A DNA stretch of 64,000 bases from Catajapyx aquilonaris (taxonomy: Eukaryota): the NCBI GenBank assembly GCA_000934665.2, contig KZ537989.1:62001-126000 (forward strand). The letters run 5' to 3'. The number at the start of each line of letters is the position of its first letter. Position 1 is the first letter of the stretch. Positions 1 through 30,006 of this stretch are shown here, piece by piece. The notes below the pieces were generated by a model. The model searched no databases. It was not told the origin of the DNA and saw only the letters and a list, made by a program, of their open reading frames with translations. Position numbers and translations under genes: made by a program.

Positions 1-3000
1 AGAGGAAGCATGGGGGGAGGTATAGGATGCGAATGAAAGAGTTTTTTTTTTTTACGACCCGCCCACATTTTTGGCAGACCTTTTTTTTAGTGCCTATAAT
101 AACACTCTTCTTGGTTTTCATCTGAAACTGGTGGTTGGTGGTGAGGGTGAAGGTTTTCAGGTTAGGTTTCTGTGCTCAAGTTGTCTAAGGATTTCCGCGA
201 AGTGTTTTCTTCGTAGGTATATCCATGAGCGGAACTGTATCTGGAAAACGAAATGTCTCCGAAAATTACTTCATGTGGAAGTATTCACTGCGTTACAGTA
301 GTGCTTTGTTACAGCCTGAGCCCTTTATTTTAAATAATACGTGCCGTAGCTTTAGTTCGGCCAATTACACTGGCCAAGACCTTCACCTGTTGCATTGAGG
401 TCAAATTGCAGTGCACAGTACAAAGATTTATGTGCAGAGTCTAGTCGTTCACTGGCCGGGCTGATGGACTGAAATCATTATCGACATAGCATTGATGGTC
501 CCGATGTATCAGCATCGATGAGCGAATCCCTCAGGCGGAAACCCGACATGACTAATAAGAATTCCGAAGGTGTGAGCAATCAAAAATGCTGCGTTGCGAA
601 GGTGTGCGTGATTATGTCCAGCGGTTTGTCTTCCGTGGGATGGCCAATAATTTATGGGGTGCACCGTATGGTAATTATCCTTAGCACAAGATGCATGGGT
701 CCGAGGTGTGGAAGTGACTTTTGAACCAACCATAATTGCGCATTAGGAGCATACGCGGAAGGCAAACTGCAACTTGTGTAACTACCCGAATTTTGCTACC
801 GGTTGGTATGGTAGGCTGTTGCGGAAACCAAACCTTCAGTGTATATGGTGGGAATTTTTCAAATTACAATTTACAAATCGTAGGCAATTAGTAGTCAGTA
901 TCGAAAATTAAACAGACCGCGGTTTGACCACCATTTATTGGCTCCAGTGAGCGCAGTGTTTCGACGTCATTGTGACGCAAAGGGCCGGATTCCTGAGATC
1001 GGGTTGGTTACCTCGGTTTTTGCGGATCCGGGTTTTGAACCCGGTTTGAGTCAACACGAATCTGCTGGCTGACCACACCTTGAGAACCGTGTGGGTTCGA
1101 TCCGTTTAGCTGGTAGCATTATTTGTTGGAGTGTTCTCAACTCGATTAGATGCAGTGGGAGGCCCCCACCGGCTTAATTGAAATAAATCGTGCCTCCAGA
1201 CAAGAACCAGCGCTGAATATTTGGCAGAGTTCCCCGTTCAAAGACCTCTCGCGTTGGCTCCAAACGGAGTTCTCTTGACCTTGAATCAAAAAGCGTGGCC
1301 GATTCAACCCCTGTGTGTGCATGGTTACATCAAGCTCTGTAAAAAAAATGTTCAAAAAAATCTAGTTTATCTCGGTTACAGACAAGTGTTGCATTCGGTA
1401 TGATACAATGTGGGTCAACTCGTGCCATTACCATACACGTGCATTGCTTGTACAGGAAACGGAAGGATATGAAAAGATGCATAAACAGTCACGGATCGCA
1501 CCTAGAGGGCAACGGTTTTCAACGGTTTCATGGATGATGAGAGGTTGTTAGGTACATATTGGTCGCATGGTGTTATCTGCTATAGAAATGGTATATGTCG
1601 AGGCGTTTCCTGGATGGTGACTCGTTCTGGTGGAGAAAGGGAAGGTCGGCTAGGAATTTCGACACGTCGTTGTCACCTTATTCGTCTCTGACTCAGGAAT
1701 CCATTAGCGAAAGGTCGTCCCCCCACTTCCTCCAACACACCGCGGCTATTTACACTCGATTGACACTTCGATACTGTACAGCGTCGACATTACTATACAC
1801 CCTCGATAATTATAAGAATCGTTGAGTGCACCTGGTTCCTTCTGGCTGGCCGCCATTTCGGACAAGCAGAGGCCCTCGTACGTGAAGATGAGGGCCGTCG
1901 ATGACCTTGGCAGAAATACCCTTTCTGTTGTGGTACCCTTGTTTCCATCTTCCCCGAGCCGCGTAATGGCCGAGAGTTCCTGAAGGACGTGCCTCTTCCC
2001 ACTGCTAATGGCAAAGGAAATTATTTTGCGCACGGCACCGGAAGCGCCTTCGCACCACGTTGGGTCGAGGTGATGTCACGTGCGGTTTTTTCGGGGTCGG
2101 ACGCGTATACCCGCGCGCCGTACATGGCATGGTGGGGGGATTAAAAATGGCGGACCTCCCCGGAGTTTGAGGGAATTCCTGGACCAAAGAAACGTGTATT
2201 CTTAAGGCTGACAGGCACGTCCTTTGGATGGGAATTTACGTCGGGGTCGCGCGTCTAGTCTGCTTCCCCACAACAGCTGGTGTCAAGCTTGGAAAACACA
2301 GGGCCACGGAGGGACGACATTGTGCATGTGTGTGCGCCCAGTGTGTAAAAAAAAAAAATAATAAAAATATGGCGGATTGCTCAAGACGGAGAACAGCCGA
2401 GAGGCAAAGCCGGAGAATTGTTTGTGTGTGCTCGATGCATTTGGCATTTCCATTGTCATGACTTGACATCGGTGCCGGTTTGTGTTCATGCGGAGGAGTA
2501 TTATTTATGCGGCGGGAATCAGGAAGTGAAGGCCTAATTATGGAGCTGTGGAATCTTGTCCTCCGGATGGCAAATGGAGCGATTAGTAGCGGAAATTGCT
2601 AATAGCCGATGGTGCAATCCTCCGCCTCCACGACAATGTTCCAATACTGGGGAGTAAAATTTTAGCAGATGCTTCTAGGAAAGTGCAATAAGTTGATCAA
2701 CTGTATGCGACCAACACACAACAGAACTGTTCCCGTGAAGGACTGTTTTTTTAACGTCATGGTTCACGTGGCCGCTAAGGTCAGCACCCTTTCCGTTCAT
2801 GTGTGTCTGCGACCGATGCAGGACTTTGAGAGCAACAACATAACCGGGGAACTGTATAAAAAAAATATTGGAACGAGCGTGGATGCGCAGAGGATGATAA
2901 TTTCCCCGGGAGTGAGTCGGAAGCACATGGCGGTGGACAGTTAAATGACAGATGACAAAGGTCAGGGTCGACGTGCTCCGGCGATGGACTCAGATGCACG

Positions 3001-3929
3001 ACACGGATAAGCTTGGGGGACTTTCTAGACCGGAGTTTATTTTCAACGTGACTCCTGGGAGGAATGTAAATTTATCTCTGCACTTCCAGCCCCCCTCTGA
3101 CTACAAACAGTAATGGTTTCACTATATGGTGCGAAGAGGTCAAAGCACCCGGAATCCCCTCTTCCTACCCATTGAAATTGTCTCCTGCCCTCACCTTCTT
3201 TCCAAGTCAATCGAGATCAAATTGGGTACCGTACCTTACTAATCACGATTTTAATCAAAGAGGGGAAGGTAAAAAATTAGCATGGATCCACTTTAATTAT
3301 TCGGGTGCCACCTTGACGTCCGCTAATGATTCGAAACCTGCGGAAATTACTTTAGACCGGTCGTAAATTTAATATCGGGCTGTGACGTCAGGAAGCTGAC
3401 AATGTCAAGTTTATTCATACGTTTTTCCTGGAGCATGGGAAAGTTTAGGGTACTGTCCCTCCTGGAAAAAAAAAAAACGGGACGTGTGTCCCATGAAATC
3501 GGGGTGGGTGTGGAGCCGGGGAATGGTGGGGTAGGGTTCGTGGCTGGGGGGCCTTCACCCGAGGACGGGGGAATCGATGGAAAAGTCCCTGCCCTAGCTG
3601 CTCTGTGCCATTGCCTCGCAGGGGGATCCATATTCATGCTCCTCCGGGGTGTGCTCCATACTGCCTTTTGTCTTCAAGTATCGGCCCTGCCACTAATTCA
3701 TCCTGGGTGGACCGAATTACTTGGGAGGGTGGGGGAGGAGAATAATAATAATAAAAAAATTTGTATGTGTTGGGGGGTGGCAATAATTGCAGGGATGGGC
3801 TTCATTGCTTTGGTTGTCTGGAGTCTAGAGTAGATACTGGATCTTGGAATGGTGCCCGAGAGGGATGAGATAGAGACTGACTCACTCTGCTGCAGGTTTT
3901 TTTGAAAGGGGTTGGGGGGGGGGGGGGGG

Positions 3930-3950
3930 NNNNNNNNNNNNNNNNNNNNN
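3930..3950. other. Assembly gap (N run) preceded by poly-G
   Basis: 21 N directly after a G homopolymer; a single N also follows a poly-G at 55562. Confidence 0.98.
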
Positions 3951-4537
3951 AAGACCCTGCAGTCATTTTTTTGGGCGTGAAAATTGCTGGTCGCTATTTT
4001 GGCGGTTCTTGGAAATCACTGCCTTGTGGCTTGGGGTGCGGTGTAATCGAGGGGGTAAAAAAAACTGTGTTTGTGCAAGGAAACTTGCGTGCCGGGTTTT
4101 AATATTCATGGATGAGGCAATGGCGTATCCTCTGATATTTGCAAGTTGCTTGTTGGCGCTGTAACCAGTTTTTTAAAAGAGGGGTGGGGAAAAAAGGCAT
4201 TCTCCCAAAAATGGCCCGTTTTTTCCTGGACATGTGTATTGTTACAGGGACTGCACAAATGGATTAGGATTATGGAGTTGGATGGGGGGTAAGAAACTAG
4301 AATTGCGTTCTGCCCCGCTAGCAAGCACATAGCCCGAAACGATTTTGAGTGGGGGGACCATGACTGGCAAAAAGATTGTTAAAAAAAAAAGGCCAGTTTT
4401 GAAGAATGCGAAGATGGTGTGAGTAATGGTGCGTGACAAAATCCGAGTCGGGGTTGGCGTCCTTGAGCGGGAATATTGGGTGTCCTCAGTCGCGGGATAC
4501 AAATGACCTTTGATTAACGGAGTTTTGTCTTTTCCAG

Positions 4538-19963
<15,426 letters not shown>

Positions 19964-22007
19964 GCCCTGGCCACCAGTTATGTGAGTCTAGTAGGAGACA
20001 ATATTTCTTTATGTGAGTGACCAAAAAGGATTATAAAAAGTACTGTTCAGTTCTTTTACAAGCTGCAATCACACTTCTCCTGTAACTTTTAGAGCCTGGA
20101 AACTGAACCACAGTGGAATGGTCAGTATTTACGATGCTTTTCTCCCCCTCTCCCCCTTTTTATGTTTCATATTTTTTTAAATGTCTGTGCACCTGATAGC
20201 AGGCTGAGGTGCCAAACAAATGTATGTCAAGTGGGGCTGCCTTTTGTATCTGTGGAATCTTTAGTTTCATAGAGGCCTTTAGGTTACATTCATCAGCCTG
20301 CTGCTTAGAGAGATTCATATGAGACATGTCTAAAGTGTACAGTGTGTTTTTTCTTTGTCCTTTTTATTCCTTTGGAGAATTCTGTAGGTGAGTAGTCATA
20401 CTATTTGGACTGTAAAGAGGGGTTTAAAAAGGGGAAAAAAGAAGTGGGAAATTGAAATGGAGCAAAGTTCTTAGTCCTTCCTGGTTGGAATGATGTGCAC
20501 CCATATTCACACGTGTCTTTTTCATACCCGTGCTTTGACACACTGATTTTACACTTTCGAATTTTGGATACAAGCCCTGTGAGGAGTCTTTGAGGCAGAG
20601 TGTGAACCAGGAAGGATTGCAGTTTATAGCTGTTTGTATAGAAAAGAGTTTGGGAGGGTCGAAAGTTGCATTTGGACTGCAGAGCCTTCAAATGCATTTT
20701 TTGATTTCTGTCAGTTCAGAGTAGCGTTCAGTTCGGTCTCCTTTCTGTTGGTGCTGTAATGTGTACACTGTTTTTATATTGTTTACCTTCATAAACGCTG
20801 ACAACTTTTTTGGTCTTATTTTTTGTTTTTAATTTGGATGTTGTCACTTTTAATGAAAAGGTTATTTTTTCCTCTACAATTGTCGAGTCAGATATGATTA
20901 GTGTTTTCTCTGCGGAGAGAAAACAGGCTTTGGAAAGAGGTTTGAATCAAAGACTGACTTAATGAGGGACAATCTTTTGGATTTCATTGATGCTGTGCCC
21001 TCCCCTCAACGCACTTGAACTATTCTATCCCATCAGACATTGGCAGGCTAACTCGGTGCATAAATGGATTGCATGGATGATGCCCTCTTTTGCCTATGGG
21101 ATAGTTATAGTCAGTTCCTTAGGTTTTAAAGTCATGCCTGTGATTTGCAACTGCCAGGGAATTGCACAAACGAGGGAGATAGTCAGCGTTGTTTTTCCCC
21201 ATTTTTTTCTTGTTTTTTTCTTTTGTTATGTGTTTCATTTTAATTACCCACTTGGTTACACTTTGAATTCCACGAGTAGACTTGAACCCATTTAAAAGAA
21301 AAATCAAGAAAAAAACTCCAGTGTTGTGTGATCAGTTGCATTTCTTTTCTTGCATTCGTATGTCATGTATACTCTAGCTCGTAATTTTAATTTTTCACTG
21401 CGCTGTGGATGATGAGGCTTGGGAGTGATCATTTAACCATTGCCCCATTAAAAGGCACAACATTTCAAAGGAAAATGAAACAATGTGAAAACCTGCAGTG
21501 GAGTTGGCACTTTTTTATACATCTTGATTCAAGGATTCAATGAATATGAAAAAAGAGTATTGTACACTATTTCCTTCAAGTAATTGCCAGAGCGGACATG
21601 TTTGTACTTGGTCATAAACTTGGGATTAAATGTGTTTGACCAACATATGCTGCGTTGTTATCCTTTTCACATTATTTTAGAGCAAGGAGCAACCTCTTAA
21701 CTAGTGACGGATGATGGCCTTGAGAAATTAGACAAGCCAGCTGTCTCTAATCTAGAGATTAACCTCCTTTTGGGAATCTATTACAGCAGAGTGAAGCCAG
21801 ATTTTCCTCACTGCAGGCATCTAACATCAGAACACACAATAAGGTAAATATTTGCATTCCAGTGCTGGTTGTGGGAATGGAAGGAATTGTGAGTTAATCA
21901 CCATGGGTTGACCCCAGCCTCGACAGTTAGCAATGTATGCAGAATATATTTTGGATAAACGGTGGTAATTATCCTTGCAAATTTAATGCTGTACCAATGT
22001 TATACAG

Positions 22008-22136
22008 CAGGGCTATTCAACTGGTAGACCGCCAAGATATAAGTTACAACTACATATCACAATATATTGGAAAAAAAGGTTTTCAGAAATGACCCCTGCT
22101 TGACCGGAATTGTCATAAACTAGTTGAATAATCCTG
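22008..22136. mobile_element. hAT-type MITE (129 bp)
   Basis: 8-bp TSD TTATACAG at 22000-22007 and 22137-22144; TIR cagggctattcaact / agttgaataatcctg (13 of 15 match). Confidence 0.85.
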
Positions 22137-23500
22137 TTATACAGTATCATTACTTAATATTGCTCCTTAGCCTTGACCAGAAATTTAGTGCATTGTTCTC
22201 CATAAGGCTAGGGCCAAGTGGATCAACATGAGTGAAGGTTAACTATGGAGTTACTAATGTGTGTAAACAAGAACTACTGTAACACCATAGTTTTTCCTGC
22301 AAGTAACAGTTTTTGTAGTTCCTCACAAGTAAAGGTGGCTCAATATGTGTGACATTATTTTGTAAAAGACAACTCTCATAAATATAACACCATGCAAATA
22401 CAAGTATGATTCAAGTCTAGTGTGGAATCCATGCCACAACCGCTTACTATGCCGCTGTGTAGGGGTGTACATGACAGGAAACGGTGTGACATGCAGCCTT
22501 TATGCGCAAGCATTCTTACCACAAGGGCACTCACTCCTTTCCTCTGCCTGCTGTAAATAGAGCCATTCTCCTCATTCTCACTTTGTGATTGATTTATTGT
22601 TTCTGCCCCAAGAAGTGGAGTCAATATCTGCCCCCTAACCTGTTGGTCTCCCCTTGACTGATAAAATGCAATCATGCAACTGCTGCACAAATAAACGGCA
22701 CTTGACTTATCAGTGTTGATACTATGTAAGCTTAATGTGAGTTAGTACATGTCCAATGGAAGGCAATGATATCATTATTGTGCAATATGTCAGTGATTAT
22801 ATGTTGGGATGCAAACGAGACTCGTGAGAGTGCTGCGGTGACAAACTTGAAAGCTACACCGCTTGACATCAGCAGAAACAGTGACACAGTGTACAGGAAG
22901 CTGCCCCGGTGCATGCCACAAATTATTGCCTGCTTGCACCAGTATTTGCAGTGCTGCAGAGTCGCATCATTTCCTGTCTCCTTTCAGTTTCTGAATGGAA
23001 GCGAGACGGTTGCAAAGCCCGCGCGGGAAATAGGCACGACCACAGGATTTGTGAATAGCAATTAGGAAGAAGCCTGCTTGTAGGTATAGAGTATTGTAGG
23101 TTCAAATCAGTTCAAATTGAAGTGGCCCGCCACACTTTATGCCCACACTATCGATTAGTAGTAACATCTTCTTTCTTATGGAATTGTTATTTCAAGTAGC
23201 TGCTTAATATAACTTAAACACTACTGAGCGCGAGAAATGATTGCGAAAATGAAGTAGCTACACATGGAAGCTACTAGGTGAATTATAAATGGTAGAGATC
23301 ACAGTAGAGTTGGTAGTCGATAGTGCATCGATGGCAAGATGGCGCTCTCTTGGTGCACACAAGGTGCGTGATGTGTGTGTCAGGTGAATACCTGTCCCTC
23401 CGGCAGGTGGGCTGGCAGAGAGACAGGCTGGTGTGGCTTGGCTGGCTCGCAGGGAGAGAGAGGGACGAGGAGGAGCAGCCAGGAAGGAGCTGGTGGAACA

Positions 23501-26225
23501 ATGGCTCCCAGGTGGTGGGTGGTGTCCCTGCAGCTCTGCCTCTTCGGGTTCATCAAGGAGCTCAGGATCTCCGAGCCCTTCATCACCCCGTACCTGCTCA
23601 GCCCATACCAGAATCTTACCAGTGATCAGGTACTACTCATCGAAACATTTGGACCCTTTCATGCACGTGGTCATTTTCGTTACTGAATGTGGCGAAGGTA
23701 TAGTGTCTTGCTGACATTTTAGGTCTTTTCTCAAGGAAGTGGGGCTTGTCTTGGATTGTTGCAGGTAAATCATGAAGTGTACCCTGTGTCCATATACTCC
23801 AGCCTGCCTCTGCTGCTGCTGGTCTTCCTTGTCACGGACTTCCTGAGGTACAAAGCAGTCATTGTTTTGGAAGGAATTGCATATGTTATCACGTACTGCC
23901 TCCTCATTTGGGGGAAAGGAGTTCCCACTATGCAGGTGAGATATGCTGTCTTTGCTGGAAATACTACCAGAAGTGAGTGGCCATAAAGCCAGTTATACAG
24001 TAATTGCTGGCAGCTGCAGGCTTCTTGCTTGCTTGATTATTATTATTCAGCGATCAGCGATGATTATGAATTTTTCATTAGTAATTTTTTGCATTATGTC
24101 AGTCGTCCCTATAATATTGTCAGTGTCTATCCTACATTTCTTTTTCTTTTCCAAAGGTGGTGGAATTTTTTTATGCCATGGCCAGCTCAACAGAAGTGGC
24201 TTACTACACGTACATTTATGCCAAAGTGGACCCTAAATATTACCAGCGTGTGACCAGCCACACTTATGGCGCCATCCTTGTGGGTAAATTTCTGGCTGGG
24301 GCTACGTCTCAGGTTGTGGTGTCCACAGGGTTACTCAACTACTGGAGTCTAAATATTGGCACGCTGACCTTTGAGATTCTGGCTCTGATAGTTGCCTTGA
24401 CCCTACCAAGAGTTGAGCACAGCATTTATTTCCACCGGGCAGAAGATCCAGATGCCGGTGTCAGTTCTCCGCAGCAGCTAACCTGTGGACAAAATGCTAA
24501 GAAAGCATATATGTACCTGTGGGATGACTTCAGGGCTGCCTTTTCCGACAAGTACGTGGTCAAGTGGTCCATATGGTGGGCTGTTGCTGCGTGTGGTTGC
24601 ATGCAGGTGGTTACCTATATCCAGCTGCTGTGGGATGAAGTAGGCAATGCTCAGGAAGATACACAAAAATACAATGGAGCAGTTGAGGCCGTCCACACCT
24701 TGCTTAGTGAGTCAGATGCATTGTTTTCTTTTGTAGCAGAATTCTCATAATGGGGCCATCATTATTTACCACTCTTGTTTTAAACTTAGAGAAGGGGTGG
24801 TTGGAGTATTGTATTCTCAAGTTTATCATTTAACCGAGGCTTGCACTTCCAGAGCAAATCTCTTACATTCGATCAGTGGTTCTCACTGGGTGGACAATCA
24901 ACTGATGAAAAAACACACAAAAAAAACACTGTATTTCAATTTTACTGGCAAGTGACAATTTTCTTATCAGGAGGGCTTAAAGTGGGCTGCAGGAGCTTCT
25001 CCATGAATGGGTTGCTGTCAAAGGCATTTGAGAAACAAGATCCAGTGTGTTGCCTCTGCAAGCAATGTTGCTGATGAATATTACAAACTGAATCATAAAA
25101 ATCAGACCTGCATTGATTCACTATTGTACTTGAGTTCAGAACTACTGTCAGGTGCACTGGGAAGTCTGAAGCCAGTTATGCAACATGTCCTTTTTTTCGA
25201 AGTAAAATATTCGAAGGTTTGTAAGGAAAATTGTCCTCCCATCAATATGTAACTCTTGTTTTTACGAGCCTTATGTAATCTTTCCTTATACCTCCTACAA
25301 ATGCACCACTGTTTGCCATGAATATTATTTGCCCTCCTTTTCCCATCCCAAAAATTATTTTGCTTAATTTTACCTGGGTTGGTGACCTAGAATTATCCTA
25401 GAGCCAGTGAGGGGAACAAAGGGTAGGTCGGCATTTATGGGGGTTTATGCAGGAGTTGTATCATACACACTCAAGAAAATTGCACAAATTTTGCAAAGAT
25501 GTAGAAAGGGTGCAGACAATGTGACATGCATGAATAACGTGACTCGAAGCCATCTCTTTTCTATAGTAATGCTCAGTTGTGTTACATGCAATATGGCTGG
25601 CCTACTTCTGTTTCTTCTAAGAATTACTGAAATTACAGAACATATCTTCGACACTGATTACATTATATTGCAGGTGCTTTTGCAACATTTTTGATTGGTG
25701 CTGTCAGTGTGAAATGGGAAGTGTATGGCAATGTAGTCTTGGCAATGCTGTCACTAGTGGAAGGCGTGCTCCTGACCTGTGCAGGACTCATACGTAACTT
25801 ATGGGTGACATACATCAATTATGTCTTATTCCGTATGATCTACCAGATGATGCTCACTGTTGCAAGGTAATTATATGATTCAATTGCAGTTTAATGAAGG
25901 CAATACTGAATTGCAAACCCTACTTTGCAGTGCTGAAGTTGCACGTAAGATTCGTCCAGACAGCCATGGATTGGTGTTTGGCATTAACACTTTCCTGAGC
26001 CTCGCTGCGTCAACTATCCTGACAGCCATTGCAGCTGGTGAGAGTGGTCTGGCGTTGGCTGCTAGCTGGCAGTTCGTAGTGTATGGGGGCTTGTACCTAG
26101 TACTAGGTGCAGTATTCTTAATCATTGCAATTGTCGTGTGCTGCCAGGGTTCTGAGAATTCGGAAGAGTCTCAGCCAACACTTAACCATACCAAGGAAGA
26201 GAAAAATGACCTAGAACACATTTAA
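23501..26225 (+). CDS. SLC19A: SLC19 family (thiamine transporter / reduced folate carrier) MFS protein, 5 coding exons
   Basis: Exons 23501-23629 (LCLFGFIKELRISEPFITPYL), 23765-23935 (VFLVTDFLRYKAVIV), 24157-24706 (STEVAYYTYIYA...KWSIWWAVAACG...YNGAVEA), 25674-25866, 25931-26225 (GLVFGINTF); GT-AG, phases consistent, motifs diagnostic of the folate-carrier family. Confidence 0.93.
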
Positions 26226-26741
26226 TAGCTCAATTTAATGTATGTAATGATTTTAGTGTGATGATACACATGTAAATCACTCATGTTGCAGTATTATCAT
26301 GAGACTATAATAAGGCCACAACAGAAGATGGTGACAGCCAATGTTGACAAGTGCTGTATACAGTCTAGTCCAAATAGTCAGGAATTATGTGCATTCCTGT
26401 AGTTATTTTTGTGGGCGAAAATATATTGTTTAGTCTTTATGCCTTGCATTTCATATACATAACATGTTTACCAAGCCAGTTTTGCAGAAAAGGTGAAGGT
26501 CAAGCAGAGGGGTTCATTGATCTGACCATCTCCGGACTCCCTCCCAATCCTGATGCCTATCATGTACCTGGTGGGAGGGGAGGGATCCTAATTGGTCCCA
26601 AACAGGTTCCAAGGCTGTTTTTTGTGGGACTCCTCCATGCCCACTTGTGTTTATATTCAGTTGCTGTCAGGGAAGATCCCCTGAGGGGAATGAAGGTGCA
26701 ATGAACCTCTGGTCATACGGCAGGTTAGAAGCAGCGGAAGG

Positions 26742-29700
26742 ATGGAGGAGACGGACCTACGTCTGATCCTTAGGCTAATCTTGATATATCTCCTGCTTCA
26801 AAGGGGATTTTCTGCTGAGGAAGAAGAGCAGGAAAGTAGCAGGTAACTACCATGTGAATTGTCTGTGACCAACTGAGCATGCTTTAACATGTAATGTCAA
26901 TTGTTCCCAAGTCAAAGACCAAGACCGACCCCTTCGCCAGCACCATTGGGTCCTCCGATAGCCAAGTTATCAAATAAATCAGGGTATCGGGGTGAGAATG
27001 TCAAGTCACCTGCTGGTCCCCATGTAGCTTTTAAAGGCATCAGGTTTGCGAAGCCTCCTATTGGAGAGCTGCGCTACCAGGTGAGTCATTATGGCATAGA
27101 CACCAAATTGAGTGCCAATTTAAATACTCTGTTGTTAGGCTCCAGTGAGAGCTGATCTGCCAGTTGGTATTGCTGATGCACTAGAGTTTGAGCCACCATG
27201 CCTGCAACTGGACCCACTTCGCCTCAATTCCACCAAGGGTAGTGAGGACTGCCTCTTCTTGAATGTGTTCACCCCAAGGGTAAGATAATATCAAGATCTA
27301 ATCTTTGATCAACTTTTTACATGTTACATGATTCTGATGAGTTATGATGATGACAGTTATTTTAAGTCCATATCCAACAGGAAGGGAAATTAAATCATGA
27401 GGTCAATTTTTCTTATTTGGATTATGTTTCAGCTGCCACCACAAGGGACCGGCCACCCTGTGATGGTGTGGTTTCATGAGGGAGGCTTCCAAAATGGGCA
27501 GGCCAGCTCCTACCTCCCAGACTACTTGGTGCGTGAGGGTGTCATTGTGGTCACAACACAGTATCGGTTGGGGCCAATGGGATTCCTCAGTACTGGAGAT
27601 CGGCACATGCCTGGAAACTTTGGATTGTTGGACCAAGTATCTGCTTTAGGCTGGGTCAGAGACTACATTACCGCATTTGGAGGTGACCCAGGCAGGGTGA
27701 CATTGTTTGGTACTGATGCTGGTGGCCTCAGTGTTGGGTTGCACATGTTCTCACCCCAATCCAAGGGATTATTCCATGCTGCCATATCCCAGAGCAGCTC
27801 TGTTCTAGCTCCTTTTGCAATACAGCGTGATCCATTAGTGCACTCGAGGCTAGTGGCACGAGAATTAGGATGTGGAGGTGGAGAACTGACGTCTCTGCAG
27901 ATTACGACTTGTGTGAGGCAGAGGTCAGCCAGGGAGACATTGCAGGCAGAGGCCAGGGCAGAGGAGGTGTGGCAGGAGGACCCATTGAAGAGGCCGCCAT
28001 ACTCATCTGCCCCAGTGGTGCAGCCTAGTGGCTTGCCAGATGGTTTTTTGCCAGTGCATCCACTTGAGGGACTGCTTCGGGGAAACTTTACCAGGGTGCC
28101 ATATGTGATGGGTGTGGTCAACCATGAAGGAGCCACTGATGTTCTGAGTGAGTCCTCTCGTTTCCCTGTTTTTCAAGCACCAGTGCATATATTTGCTAGA
28201 ATCCTGAAATTTTATGGGACATACAAATAATATTTATAATCACATAGGCAAATTAGAGACTGTTGGATATATAGGCTATGTTGTATATCTTTCAGATTTT
28301 GTTATTCCTCTGCTCTTGAACCGGACCATTGAGAACCCTGACTACATGCAGGAGGTGTATCTTCCATCTTTGGCTCATGTAGCTGAAGTGGATCGAAACC
28401 AGGGTGCATTTGTGGAGGCCATGCGATTCCAGTACTTCATGGATGATGACTTGAGAACCATCAAGCCTCTGGAGGATGCCCTTGTGAAGGTTAGCAGTTC
28501 TACATATCATTATAATTATTTGTGTAACTTACTCACACAAGCATTTGATTTTCAGCTGTACTCTGATTTATATGTGGTTGCTCCAGCAACACGGGCAGCT
28601 GAAATGTTTTCCAGGCGCATCCCTGTTTTCTTTTATGGATTTGAGCACAATGGACAGAGGCCACTTATGGAGCTTTTCTCATCTGGAGCCTCCAGACGGT
28701 TGCGCAGGCCGGACAAGCCATTTGCAAGAGGTATTGTGGCCAGATGTGTAACCTTAACCTATCACTTTACCAGGAGCTTTCTTTCAAAGGGTCAAGTAAG
28801 GGAAGAGTTACACAAGTCTAGTCCATTATACAAATCTTAGACCTGACAACACATTACTGGCACAGAATGGGTAGCATCAAATGGATACAATGATTCCAAT
28901 GAACTTTTAAAGATTTTATCAGACATTATACAGAGTGTCTGTAAAGTTACTGTGGAGTGAATGAGAAATGACGAAATGTGGTATATAACTGTATTTTTTT
29001 GTGATGAGGGTTGGGAGAGATTGTGAGAAAGGGAGGGCACAAGTGTGTGAACTGTTGGCAAGTCTATGGGGGCCATTTCCAACACCTTCTGTATGAGGTA
29101 AGGCATAATTGGTTAAGTGTGGTTTATGCTTCCAGAGCATGGTAACTTTACTGCCACTTTACTGGTCTGCAGAATTATTAATAGGGGTTTTGGGTGAAAA
29201 TTACGAATGTTGCATATCGTTCACACACAAGCGATGATTTTATGCACACACTGCATTATTTTAAATGAGTTGCTGGTAATTGGTTCCAACCTGTTGAACC
29301 AATTACCACATATAACAGGGGGCTCCATTGTACCATTAATTGCTCTGGTTAATTATGTGGGGAAGTTATTATAGGTCTAAATTTACTACAACTATTGTTG
29401 CCTATAGGGAAGTATGTGACTCACGGTGAAGAGCTGCTCTACCTGTTCCGCTTCAAGCATCCAGGCACTGGGGAGATAATAGAACTGACAGATGAGCGTG
29501 ACATACGAGTGAGAAACATTACAGCACGCCTTTGGTCAAATGTTGCCAAATTTGGGTATGTTTAGATTACTTTAGTGGAAAACTAATCACTGCAACACAT
29601 TTGTGGTATTTGTAGGTACCCAACACTTTCTGGTGGATTTCTGCCTCCTTGGCAGCCACAACAAGCTGGAGCTGGTCAGCCCTTCTATCGCATAGGGGTG

Positions 29701-29853
29701 AACCCTGGAATGCATCGTTCCATGCCACACAGGCGCATGTTGTTCTGGAATCACCTGGTACCACGCTTAGCCAGGGCCAATATCTGCACAGAAGAAGAGG
29801 ATGAAGATGATGACAGTCGAGAGAGGAGGGACCTTCCTCCAGTCATTGGATAA
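26742..29853 (+). CDS. Secreted carboxyl/cholinesterase (type-B carboxylesterase fold) protein lacking the catalytic serine
   Basis: Exons 26742-26842 (signal-peptide-like; start uncertain), 26912-27080 (FKGIRFAKPPIGELRY), 27139-27279 (GSEDCLFLNVFTP), 27433-28147 (PVMVWFHEGGF, YRLGPMGFL, GNFGLLDQ, FGGDPGRVTLFGTDAGG, GVVNHEG), 28296-28489, 28556-28730, 29408-29555 (VTHGEELLYLF), 29616-29853 (TAA). Confidence 0.92.
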
Positions 29854-30000
29854 TAATCATTTTCTACTTGGCAAAGAGGGCAGGAATAGTGCAGTTTGGA
29901 ATGTTGTCTTTCAGACTAATTTGGCCAAAAACTATTAGTTGAAATGCTACGGAAATCAACTTATTTTTAATATAGATATTGAAATATTACTTTTCATAGA

Positions 30001-30006
30001 AATAAA
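30001..30006 (+). terminator. Candidate polyadenylation signal of the esterase-like gene
   Basis: AATAAA about 150 nt after the stop, followed by T/GT-rich sequence. Confidence 0.6.

Noticed and set aside
1085..1120. GGTTCGATCC B-box-like motif
   Set aside because: No convincing upstream A box or cloverleaf
3953..3985. DPAVIF after the gap resembling the Msn DPAGIF exon
   Set aside because: Similarity stops after six residues; no GxGxxG loop follows
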